Assembly (NCBI RefSeq): GCF_001194135.2 | Contig: NC_068993.1 | Location: 17,573,110 to 17,637,109, forward strand | From: Octopus bimaculoides | Lineage: Eukaryota | Reading direction: 5' to 3' | DNA length: 64,000 nucleotides | Shown: positions 52,055 through 64,000 of the stretch, piece after piece | How the letters are laid out: each line of letters begins with the position of its first letter | Position numbering within the stretch: position 1 is the stretch's first letter | Program-made: the position numbers and the translations under genes | The notes under the pieces: generated by a model | The model's input: only the letters and a program-made list of their open reading frames with translations | What the model was told of the DNA's origin: nothing | Databases searched by the model: none

Positions 52055-52313
52055 TATCGATGAGTAGTAAGCAAAGAGGTTAGCAGCAGCAGGCTCCCCC
52101 CTCTCTCTGTCTTTCTCTCTCTTCAGCTTCCCCCATTCTTAGTTTAACCTATCATTAACCAAGCTGATTTATTATGTGGGTCACTCTTAACATTATTATT
52201 AAACCAACATGGCGGAGTGCTAACGTGGTGCGCTATTAAACTGGAACGGCGTGAAAACGCAGCTTTTTTGGGGCCCGTGGCACCGATTGCAAGCTATGAC
52301 AGCGAAGGTGAGT
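52055..52313 (+). promoter_or_regulatory. Promoter / first-exon region with DRE-like and YY1/TISU-like motifs
   Basis: TATCGATG at 52055-52062 (7/8 match to DRE TATCGATA). CAACATGGCGGA at 52205-52216 (11/12 match to TISU SAASATGGCGGC; also fits YY1 AANATGGCGG). Donor at 52308. Confidence 0.6.
52296..52307 (+). CDS. Putative first coding segment (MTAK) of an unidentified gene, followed by a canonical splice donor
   Basis: gctATGACAGCGAAG|GTGAGT: a strong donor (AAG|GTGAGT at 52308) within the locally GC/CpG-richest unique sequence. No downstream exon was recognised, so this could be a non-coding 5' exon. Confidence 0.45.
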
Positions 52314-55300
52314 ATTTTGTTGTGGGCTGAGAGGGCCCGTTTAGGACCCTGAAATAACGGTTAGCGCGTCAGGCCGAGTTAACAGTTATGTTCTTTTGTG
52401 CTACTTTGTATATATACTCTATATATGTATCGCTCTCTTTATACCTCTCTTTCTATCTATCTCTTTCCAGCACGCACACCTACACTGCGCACACTCATAT
52501 ACATTCGTGCACACAAACTTCAACAGACACTACTGTACACCTACACACGCGCACACACTTATCATCGCTCTACAAAGGGGAGAACATCTCTTTGTCACCA
52601 AGGAAAGTCTCATAATAACAAAAACAAGCATATAAAAGAACAACAAAACAATAATAATCACGAAAAGAAAGAAAAATTATGATGTTCCGTTATGTTGTAA
52701 AAGAATACAAAACAGAATAAATAGAAATTGTCAAAGAGAAAGTAAGCTCTGAATATTTTGCGAAACGAACGCTGGATCCTTTTAAAACTGGGAAAAAGTG
52801 GACAAGAGAATTCCTTTTGTGTTGATTTTTTTTATGTATGATTGCTATTAAAAAATACAACAGAATTTAAGATAATTAGAAATACTTCTTCGTACTTTAT
52901 AAATAGGCTGTGTATTTACATTTTTTTTTGTTTTCAAAATTTCTTTCCCGGTTGATTTAATACATTTTTTTTTGTATCTTCGCGCACATGTAAGGTTTAG
53001 TTTTATTTTAGAATTTAAAGAAATGCAAGTAAAAATATTCTTTATTGTCAATGTTTTTGGCTCCTACATGTTTAGACGGTAGGCTCAAATTTTCAAACTG
53101 GTATAACATTTATTAAAAAGAATAAATCCCTTAAGGACAGCTGAAGCGCTTTATGGTGCTTTCCCCTCACCCTTTGTATTTTAAAGCTATTTTATGCATT
53201 TTTCTCTTGTGTTGATATTTCCTTCAGTAAGGAAACGAAACCGGCAATTCGTTCACCAATTTTAGCTCAGTTCTTCTATTTCCCCAGTTTGTATATTTTA
53301 AAAATCAATACTGGATTTATTTGGTAACGGTTTTTTTGTGGAATTTTCTCTATATTTCGTTGCAGTCATTCCATAAACGCTTTGTTTCCTTTTGTTCTAC
53401 TTCCTTCACTCCGACACTGGATCACTTTTCCATCCTTTCTTTACCCCCCTTTTTGCATTCACATCATCCGCGGTTTTTAATCTGTTTATATATATATAAT
53501 GTATGTGTGTATGTATGTTCGGAAACATTTAATCCTTCTGAATTCGTAACCCTCGTTTACATAAACTAAAACGTTTGTATTAGTTTCCATCTATCTATCT
53601 ATCTATCTGTCTGTCTGTCTGTCTATCTATCTCGCTAGCAAAATGCACACGCGCGCGCGCGTGTGCATTTATTTTGTAAACACACGCACATATATGTTTA
53701 TGTGTTAAGGAGGTGATATGAATCTGGGGTGAATCAGTACGGGGAACTACCATACTCGGACCCTTTCAAGCGAGAGTTCTTCTAATCGTTATTGTAAATT
53801 TGTTGCGGCAGATGCGGCCCGACCCATAGGCAATTTCCCCTTGTCCATATCTAAACTTATTGTTTGGTATTCGTTTATCTTTCTTATCCACATTTATTAT
53901 TTTATTTTTATATCTTTTCGAAAATGATATGAAACAATCTCTCTGTACCAGCATGTATATATATATATATATAGATATATATATGTATATATATAGATAT
54001 AGATATGTATGTATATGTATATATATACACGCGCGCGCGCAATGTGTATATGTGTGAGAAAGAGCGAGAAAGGATCAATGTGTAAGCGCGCAATGTGTGT
54101 GTGTGCACGGGTGCTCTTAAAAGTACACTCTGCTCGAGATCTAAACGATATCTATCATAAATCGCACGTTCCTCTTCTCTGTATTATTCTCATGTTATTA
54201 GATTTGCAAATCGATCTCTACCCATTTTCTCCATCCTTCCCCAGACCCTCCTCATGCCGGAATATATATTTCTTATTTCCGTTTTTATTTCTCTTCCAAG
54301 AAGTACTTTTATTTACTTATTACATTTACCTTTGTTTCCGTACTGGGATTTTCTCATCTTTTCGCTGATGTTGCATCTATCTGCCGTTTATACGCACATT
54401 TCAAACATCAACACACGTGCAGTAAATGCATTTAGTTTGTATGTGTGTTTGTGCAAGTGTGTACTTTTAACTACGCATTATTAATTTTCTTTTTAATATT
54501 TCAATACACTTGTCCCAAAAAAAGATTGAGTTTTTTTCCCCCCCACGCAAACAATGTAAATAACGAACGTTTCTAGAATTTAAGAATTATACTCCTGATT
54601 GTTCTTGTGACAATTTGCAAATTAATTGACGCCACTATAATAATATTGGTACTTTTATCGATCCCGGTAAAATATTCGTTGATACTTATTTTACTGGGTC
54701 GATACAAGAAATACCAGCAATATACGAGGTCGGTTTCATCGATTCTATCCCTATTCTGTGAAAAGTTCTAAAAGGTAGCATCGTGATATGAATCTAGCTA
54801 TAAACGAAACAATTAAATATATTATTCTCTTACATTCCTCGTTTTCTCCGTTGTAAACACAGACTCCGTTAAATATACGCATTTGAGTTAAATATACACA
54901 TATTTATTATGATTATTAGTATTGTTTATGTTTACTTCTTCATAATGTTTATTTCAGAATCATTATTTAATTTCAACCTTTGCCTTTTTTCCAACTTTCT
55001 TTGGTAGTGATTGATCTTAAGGGCGATTGGAAACAGGTAATTGGGAGGGAAAAACGTGTTCCATTTACTGCTACTAAACTATGTTACTCAGTAGTCCAGT
55101 GTGTTTTCGTGTCATGTTTGTCTTCTAGTGTCCACCTTTTCTTTCTTTCTTTTCTTCTTTGCCACAATAACACACTTTCGATTTAGCATACATTCCCTTT
55201 CAATTTTTGGGTCTGTGTTTTTTTTTTAGCTCTCTTTTTTGTTGAATTTCCTTACTTCTTTCCGAAACTGTTAATTTTACTCTTAGTCTGTGTGTGTGTG

Positions 55301-58300
55301 TGTGTGTATATATTGATGCGTGTGTATTTGAGAAAATAAACTTTGCTGTCTTAGCCAAACCAATTTAAATTCAATGTTTTACATATTTCTAATTTGTTAC
55401 ACGAAATCGCTAATTATCTTTCTTCCAGATTATTACTAAAAGGGTTTCATAGATACATCATAGCTTGTTGCATTATAGTTAACCCGTTCACATTCCATCT
55501 TTAATTTAATCTGTTTGGTCTAGTGCCCTTCTTAAGGTCAAATATATTTCTTTGATTAATAAGTCACAACTTTTCAAAATTTACATTTTCAGTCGTTCCA
55601 GATTCCCCATATTTATTTTCTAAAGCGAATTTAATCCAATTCATTGGAGCTTCATCCTAGTCATCGTTACGATCGTCGTCATCATGTTATCATTATCGCC
55701 ATAATTATTATTAATTTAATTAACCACTATCTGAAAAGAAAAAAAAATTCCATTTTGAAATCCTCTCTGGTACCATTCTACAATTGTTTTAATTTTTATT
55801 CAATTCAGTTCAAATATATGGGCTCGAATCATTAAGAAAAGTATGAATGAAAAAAGAAATTTCAGGGGAGAGACAGAGAGAAAAAAAGTGTGTAAAGGAG
55901 AGAACGCGAGAAAGAGGGAATATGCGTGTGAAAGAGTAAGTGTGTGTGTGAAAGAGAGAGAGAGAGAGAAAAGTGTTTTGAAAAAGATAGTGAAAGTACA
56001 TTTTGGGTATTTGACAGGAGTAGGGGTGGTCGTTCGAAAAAGCAAGGAAAAAGAATAACAGAAAGTAAATCGCCTAAAGATTGTATACAGTGCTGAGTTA
56101 GCGTTATTGGGTAAATGTCAGGAAAGCTTGTGATATATTTCGCGGTTTATTTGGACTTTTAGAATATATATATATGTATATATATTTTTGCGATTTTCAA
56201 TATTCTTAATTAATCTACGCATTTAGACGTTTGTTTTAGCGTGTTAATGTCGACATGGAAGGAAAAGAGAGTCGGCTGCGGACTGGCCTGATTGACTAGT
56301 CGACAACATCTTTGATCGCTTCAATTTTAACCGATATAGATGCCAAAACAAGTTATTTGTATCGATTTAAATTTAAAATAATCGATTAAAACCAAGTTTC
56401 GTTAGCTTTTTCATCATCGTTACTAATTACACTTTCTCCTCGCACCTTCATCTTCTCACCATCATTCTCTCTCTCCTCCCTCCCAACTCTCTCCCGTTTC
56501 CTCCAATCTCCATCACTTTTACTTCCAACCCCTCTCAATATATGTCTCTCTCTTTCCTTCTTCCCCGTTTCTCTCTCTCTCTCTCTCTCGTGTATGCGCT
56601 CTCTCCTCCCCTTCCCCTCGGTTATTTTCTTGTTTTATTTTTGAATTTAATAATAAACTTAGTCGATCAATTCTTCCTGTTTTTTTTTCTTTCTTTGTCT
56701 GATGTCGATTTAGAAATTTTGTGTTCAAGTAGCTTTTCTGTATAAAAGCCAGAAGAAAAGCTGCGGCACGGGAGGGGGGAAAGTGAGGGTGAAGAATCTT
56801 TACCGACTTAATTCTATGTTTTATTTGTTTGTTTCTCCTGTTGTATTAGATTTTACTCAATAATAGTTAAACAATGTTGATTTGATTAATTTTATAGAAA
56901 ATATTTAAAACGATGCAATCTTTGAATCTTTCATTTTGAATGCAGACTGCTTTAATTTTTGACAACCATGAAATCATTTCAATACCCATGATAGTAACAA
57001 CTATTCTGATTGAGGAATTTAATCAATGAAGTCCTGCACAACTTTCCTTCACTCTGCTATCCCAACAAAGACAGCTTTCTTTTTTTTCCGCAAGTATATG
57101 ATTAACACCTAGTAGAATGGATACATACACCCGTACATACATACATACATACATACGTGTAACTATAGGCCCGGCTTGGCTGTGTGGTTAAGAAACTTGC
57201 TTCTCAAATACATGGTTACAGGTTCAGTCCCACTCCATGGTATCTTGACCAAGTGTTTTCTACTATAGCCCCAAACAGATCAAAACCTCATGAGTGGATT
57301 TGGTTGATAGAAACTGAAAGAAGCCTGGCGTTTGTGTGTGTGTGTATCTGTTTATGTATATGTTTGTGTCTCCTTGTCTTGACATTGCGTGAGTGTTGTG
57401 GTCATACAAGCAACGTCATCCATATCCAATATTCTGCGAAAGCATATCTAGCCATGGGGGAAACATTACCTTACTTGGAAACAGTTAAAGGTTGGCAACT
57501 GGAAAGACATCTGGCTGTCTGACTGTAGACAATCTTCCTCATTGAACTCTGACTCATTCAAGTATAGAGAAGTAGACATTAAAATAACGATCATCTATAT
57601 ATTATGAATCTATTTTATATATATATATATATATNNNNNNNNNNNNNNNNNNNNNNNNNNNNNNNNNNNNNNNNNNNNNNNNNNNNNNNNNNNNNNNNNN
57701 NNNNNNNNNNNNNNNNNNNNNNNNNNNNNNNNNNNNNNNNNNNNNNNNNNNNNNNNNNNNNNNNNNNNNNNNNNNNNNNNNNNNNNNNNNNNNNNNNNNN
57801 NNNNNNNNNNNNNNNNNNNNNNNNNNNNNNNNNNNNNNNNNNNNNNNNNNNNNNNNNNNNNNNNNNNNNNNNNNNNNNNNNNNNNNNNNNNNNNNNNNNN
57901 NNNNNNNNNNNNNNNNNNNNNNNNNNNNNNNNNNNNNNNNNNNNNNNNNNNNNNNNNNNNNNNNNNNNNNNNNNNNNNNNNNNNNNNNNNNNNNNNNNNN
58001 NNNNNNNNNNNNNNNNNNNNNNNNNNNNNNNNNNNNNNNNNNNNNNNNNNNNNNNNNNNNNNNNNNNNNNNNNNNNNNNNNNNNNNNNNNNNNNNNNNNN
58101 NNNNNNNNNNNNNNNNNNNNNNNNNNNNNNNNNNNNNNNNNNNNNNNNNNNNNNNNNNNNNNNNNNNNNNNNNNNNNNNNNNNNNNNNNNNNNNNNNNNN
58201 NNNNNNNNNNNNNNNNNNNNNNNNNNNNNNNNNNNNNNNNNNNNNNNNNNNNNNNNNNNNNNNNNNNNNNNNNNNNNNNNNNNNNNNNNNNNNNNNNNNN

Positions 58301-58638
58301 NNNNNNNNNNNNNNNTAGGCTATAGTAGAAGACACTTGCCCAAGGTGCCATGGAGTGGGACTGAACCCAGAACCATGTGGTTGGGAAGCAAGCTTGTTAC
58401 CACACAGCCCTGCCTGATAAAGATAGTTATGGCCAGCCTATGGGGTTACTCTGGGTTTCTTTAAATACTCTTCTGCTCTCTAACTTAGAGTGTGCTTCTC
58501 TTTCAGATTTATGATTTGCTGATGATATATATATATGTATACACACACACATATATATGTATATACACACACACATATATATGTATATACACACACACAT
58601 ATATATATATGTATATACACACACATATACATGTATGT

Positions 58639-58890
58639 GAAGGTGTGTGGCCTAGTGGTTAGGCTGTTGCACTCACGATTGTTAGATCAGGAGTTCAATT
58701 CCCATACCAGGTGGTGTGTTGTGTTCTTGAGCAAAACACTTCATTCCACATTGCTCCGGTTCCCCATTTAAACAGGGAGCAATGTTGGCCTGCTTGCCTA
58801 GCCAGCAGAGTAGGATCATTTGAAGGCTAAACAACGCAAAGTGCATTGTGACCAGTGATGTGTAACATCTGATAGTTTGGTCAGCCACAA
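58639..58890 (+). mobile_element. tRNA-derived SINE family D
   Basis: gtggcctagtggttagg A-box-like, gagttcaattccc B-box-like; homologous to 23970-24250. Confidence 0.78.
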
Positions 58891-59859
58891 TATATATACA
58901 TATATACCACTCTCTCTTACCGCTTTACACTGCTCATACACTTTCTATTCAGTCTCATGATTCTTGCTCCTCTCACACTCACTCTTCTGTTACCTTGATC
59001 TGCATCATTTTCATCACTATTCCATCACCTTGGACATAATGTTTCTGTTCAGTCTCTGTAGCAGCAACAATTTTTCAGGTGTCTATCATTCATACACAAA
59101 CACACACCCTTTTATTTACCTCTCTTGTTTTACTTTTCTATCACTCTCTTGTTAGCTGTATGAGAAATGAATGGAGGCTGCACAGATAAAATGAGGGCTC
59201 TTCTTTTAATTTGATCAAGGACAAAACAACTCTCATTTAATGGAGACAGCATAAAGTATAGAGACTTCTTTAGTCTGGTGCCACATCAACATGTACTCAG
59301 TACTCTTTGTAAAGTGGTTTGTGATAGAATGGACATTCAACTGTAGAAAGCATGCCAAACATGGAAGGTGTAAAATGTGTCCTGACTTTTCAAGGAAAGC
59401 AATAACTCCAAATAAGAACTAACTTGAACTATGATCAGCCATCTAATCCCTGCCCACATGGAAAAGCAGAGTGATGATGATGATATATTTATATTTCATC
59501 ATTATTATTTTTACATCTGCTGAAAGGATGATAGGGATATAAGGGATGGGTTGAGTGAAGGGAAAGTGAGGGATGGATAATGAGGGGGGAAGAGATCCAG
59601 TTGTCTGGGGAGGAAAGACGCAGCAGTTTTAGACTTGGTATGGATATTAGAAGAAGGATCCACTTGGGTGCACACACATTATTCTTTGAGAACCTGTCTT
59701 GCTAAGCTAGCATAACCTGGCAGGTCTTCTCAAGCACTGTGTATCATCAGTGATCTTGTTCTTTGTCATCTCTTCCATGAGGTTCAACATCTTGAGATTA
59801 GCCTTCACCATCTCATGCTACGTCTTCCTGGTTCTCTTTCTTCTACAACTTCCATCTAT

Positions 59860-60960
59860 TTTAAATGATCATCACTTCTTTATATAACTATCTTCATCTG
59901 TATGCATAATGTACCCAAACCAATGCAATCTTCTCTCTTTCATGCCACACCTGATTCCATATTTGTTCTCAATCATTCATGTATACTGACTTTACACATT
60001 CAGCAGAATATGCTTGCTTCGTTTCTTTCTAATCTTCATAGGTACTCTATGTCTCACTACCATGTAGCATTGCAGTTTGTATATGAATACCTTTCACTGC
60101 GTGAGAGAAGCTTTTTGCTATCAACAGGGTCAATAGTATACAAAACATTGTCTACCCTGTTCTTACTTTGGCTATAATTTGAGAATATCCTTCACCACTG
60201 CTAATTTGGTGGCCTGGATAATAGAAGCTATCTACTATTTCTAGGGATCCTCCTGGGTATTTGAGAGCATCTATTTTTTGTGTACTCTTAGTGTTTATTG
60301 CTCCTGTGCATCTGCCACATTCAGTCTTCTTTCTCTGTTAACCTGTCTATGATTCCACTTCACATCTTGTGTGTCTATAGATTGCTTTGGGTATACTATA
60401 CTGAATGTCTACCTACTGCTTTTCTACATATCAAGCAAGGCCATTTCACAAATGATAACTGGAACCTCTTGACTGTTTTCCTGCTTACTAGAATTTTAGT
60501 CTCTGTTAAGTTAATTCTGAAGTCTTTTGATTCCAAGTTTTGCTTCCACACCTGGAATTTCTACTATAGTCCTACCACAGATTCAGCTATAAGAACAAAG
60601 TCATCGGCTGATAGAAGTTCTGAAGAGCACCCAGTCTTGAATGCTTCTAGAGGACTATGACAAACAGAAGAGGACTGAGCATTGAGCCCTGGACACTGAA
60701 TTCATTTCTGTATTCATTGCTTACTCTCACTTTGTTGATAGCAACACTGTCCATGGTTTACATGACTGTCACATGCCATTCATCTACTCTTAGCTTCTTC
60801 ATACACATATTGCATGGAAACTTCATCAACAATGTTTTGCACTTCTGTGGGATTGTAAACCAAAGTCACTGGCACAGCCATGATAGCAAGGTATTGTTAG
60901 TAGTCACAATGTAGTGCATCTTGTTCCAGCCTCTTCCCATTTATCTTCCTGTTGTTTCAT
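59860..60960 (-). mobile_element. RTE-clade LINE fragment, same family as 8810-10060, more decayed
   Basis: The minus strand reads AFKTGCSSELLSADDFVLIAES (compare EFKTGCPWELLYADDLFLISES) at about 60575-60645. Confidence 0.85.
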
Positions 60961-61099
60961 TCAATTTGACTCCATAACGCTTACACTTTTCGTTATAGTT
61001 CTCTGTTTTTGTTTACTTTTAGTCTCTGTCTTCTTTCTTGCAGTTGTAATCAGTTCACCTACTTCATTGGGATATCATTTGATGACATTCAGTAGAGTT

Positions 61100-62010
61100 T
61101 CGGATGCCTGTTTTTAACAACTTCCACATTTCAGTTCACTGCAGAGCACAGTCCTGCTGGGAGCTTATTGTCCTCATTACAGATCACTTATCCCACTCAA
61201 TGCAGTGGTGATAGACTCAATACTTGACATATTTGCATGCTGCAGGACCTCCTGGTTGGAGAAGTAGTCACACCAATAAATATTGTAATTTCAGCTGAGA
61301 CAAATGATCACTCCTCAGCTTTTTATAGATGCTGATGATAGATTGTGTAGGTCTCAACAAAATACAACAGACAGGATAGTATTACTGCTTAGTAAACTTT
61401 GCATTTTGTTGACAGTTTTATGCCATGTTGTTTCCACAACCAATCCTTGTTCTTCCTGAAAGTGATCTCAGCTGACTATATGCAGCAGTTCACCTTTGAT
61501 TCCAGGTTGTTTGTCTTAGAAATCATGCTGTCTAAATATGTGAAAATTTTGACCTCTCTTAGAGGCTGATTTGCAACCATGATGATCAGAGGTTCATGTT
61601 CCAGCACTCCAGGTTTAGGCTGGGTCAAGACTTCAGTCTTTTTCATACTTATTGATAGGCTGAAAACGCATTTCAAATGGCCTATAATTTTCTGGATGTT
61701 TTCCTAAGATTGAGTCATCAACAAAAAGAAGTTCACAAATACACATATTGTGGAACTTCCTGGTGGATCTTAGTCTAGATATGTTCAACAATCCACCATC
61801 AACTTTTGCACAGATATACACATGACTTGTGAATTCACCATCTTTTCAACCACAGTACCCAAAAGTAGTACAAATAATACAGGAGTGAGTATACATCTTT
61901 GTTTTACTCCATGGGTGAGTGGAATGGTTCAATTAATGAAATTACCTGATCTGGAATTATTCTGTAAGCAAATGAATATTCCACAAACACCCTAAATGTA
62001 ATTCTCAGGT
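61100..62010 (-). mobile_element. RTE-BovB-like LINE RT fragment
   Basis: DGGLLNISRLRSTRK..ICELLFVDDS and SMKKTEVLTQPKPG, plus FTYLDSMISKTNNLE; characteristic of BovB-like RTE (LLFADD, KKTEVMYQP). Confidence 0.85.
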
Positions 62011-62326
62011 AGAATCAATGTGATGTAGTGTGTGACAATGTTGTACCATTGTACCTTTCAAAGTACAAGTAAAAACCACTTGACTGGCCTCTTTTGTGTG
62101 TGTGTGTGTGAGAGAGAGAGAGAATTTGAGAATGGAATGGAGTGAACAATGTGATTGCAGAATACCAAAAGCACGAGTTTCCCTGGGCAGGATATGTTGG
62201 AAGGCTCACAGACAACGGATGGATCCATGCAGTTGTTGATTAGCATCCAAGAGATGAGAAATGACCTCAGTGTACAATAGCATCTGATGGTCTAATTGAT
62301 ATATATATATCACAGTATCAACCAGA

Positions 62327-62360
<34 letters not shown>

Positions 62361-64000
62361 TCATATATAGGTGTGGCTGTGTGGTAAGAAGCTTGTTTCC
62401 CAACCACATGGTTCCAGGTTCAGTCTGGGCGAGTGTCTACTCTCAGGCTGACCAAAGCCTTGTGAGTGGATTTGGTTGACAGAAATTGAAAGAATGACTG
62501 AAACAAGTAAAAGATGAAAGATATGTGTGTATATTATATACACATACACACATGATGCCTTTCTTTCAGTTTCTGTTTACCAATTTCCATCACAAAGCTT
62601 TGGTCAGCATGGGTTACAGTAGAAGGTGCCACACAGTGAACTGAACCTAAAACCATGTAGATGAGAAGTGAATTTCTTAACCACACATACACATCATTAT
62701 ATAGGATACTAATTAATATAATAAGTTGGGTCTACATTTTTTCAGTCCAGTATATTTAGTACATTTAACATAGCAAGTATTATTTAGTAGACACACTAAT
62801 ATTTATTTTATTTAATCTAATTATTTTAGTTACCGCAATTTTCTCCTCCTCCTCCTCCTCCTCCTCCTCATCATCATCATCACCATGATGATGATGATTG
62901 TTATTATTATTACTATTATTATTGTTATTATTAATTCTGTAATTAGATTGTTTAATTATTTTTGATTATTTTAAATTTATTTTTTGTCTCAATTTTTCTT
63001 AATCATATTAGAGTTATTTTAATTTTTAGATATTTTTCTTTGAAATAGAATATCTTCCTTAGTGAATAATATATTGGTTATTTTCCTTTAGAATTCTCAT
63101 TAAGTCATCCTGTCTTCTACTCATAGTTTACATTTAGAATTAATACTGATCAAATGACATTTCCATTGTGAACTAAATAGTATATCTACTGAATAACCTG
63201 GTTCCATATACCTGCTCTGTGTATTTGAATTGGTCTCTATTGGTTTAAATAGAGTAAGAATTTTACCATAAGCATACTTCAAGTTGCTGGATGGAATTGA
63301 AGAAACTAAGTATCATATTACAATTTTATCGTGAACTGATAGATACAATTCCTAAGTTGGTCTGCTGAAATACTCCTTTACCCCTTATATAACAAATATT
63401 GTTAGTTTTACTACTATCTATCGCCCTTAAAATGTTCTGTGTCCTGTGTAGTGTGGTATATCTTTGATAAGGATAGGATGATGTTAAATTGATCTTAGTT
63501 GATCAAATGTGATTTTGATTACTCTGCACAGTTACTGTATCACAGAATTTTGGAATTTTCAGGTTTGTCCGAAACGTGCATCAGCTGATTAAATAATGTA
63601 TGGTTTTCCATTCTTTTGTGTTTTTCTGTGTGTGTGTGTAAATATGTATACACACATATATATATGTGTGTGTGTGTGTCTTGTATAGGTATTTGTGTGT
63701 ATATAAATATATACACAGATACTCTGTGTGGTGTATGTATGTTTATATATTTGAAACTGTATCAGATTCCTTAGGAGTGTAACTGCCACCCTGATACATA
63801 TGTGATACATATATGATTTTTTAGTATAAAGGACATGTATAAATGGTAAAATTAGCTGTAATCCTTTCATGACTAGATTTCTAATGAATAGACAGCCTCT
63901 TCATTTCTATTAATTTTACATGTAATCCAGATTTGGGAGAGGTTTGCTTAATGTAGTTTTTAGGAAAAAAAAAAAAGAATAAGAAGGGACAAATCATCAT

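Larger units (their letters stand above)
51640..57170. promoter_or_regulatory. CpG-retaining, TE-poor domain (likely unmethylated promoter and proximal intron 1)
   Basis: Unique sequence here visibly retains many CG dinucleotides (cgccggcg, cgcgcgcgcg, gtcggctgcgg) and nearly lacks the SINEs that fill the rest of the window. Judged by eye, not computed. Confidence 0.55.

Noticed and set aside
56241-56300. Acceptor plus RVNVDMEGKESRLRTGLID*, in phase with MTAK
   Set aside because: It would give a 23-aa product ending without a donor; no support as exon 2.

Overview
AT-rich, gapped eukaryotic genomic DNA. The tRNA-derived SINE families, (CA)n/(TA)n/(CAT)n microsatellite load and RTE/Penelope/Tc1-mariner/hAT remnants point to a cephalopod (Octopus-like) genome; that assignment is an inference. 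Only one protein-coding gene is recognisable: the last two exons of an NADH-cytochrome b5 reductase-like gene (CYB5RL; 3197-3400 and 12754-12951, + strand), separated by a 9.35-kb TE-filled intron. A second, unidentified + strand gene appears to start near 52.2 kb inside a TE-poor, CpG-retaining domain. Its putative first exon has a TISU/YY1-type ATG that opens only a 4-codon uORF, in frame with a downstream ATG and a canonical donor. The 13-51 kb interval is mostly repeats, including an intron-containing hAT transposase pseudogene, four near-complete fold-back MITEs, nested and tandem SINEs, and a few weak minus-strand exon candidates. Most of the supplied ORFs are microsatellite or N-gap artefacts. 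No rRNA, intact tRNA or CRISPR array was found. I cannot claim a new biological system with confidence; the best leads are ranked in findings. Coordinates were counted by hand and repeat boundaries are approximate.
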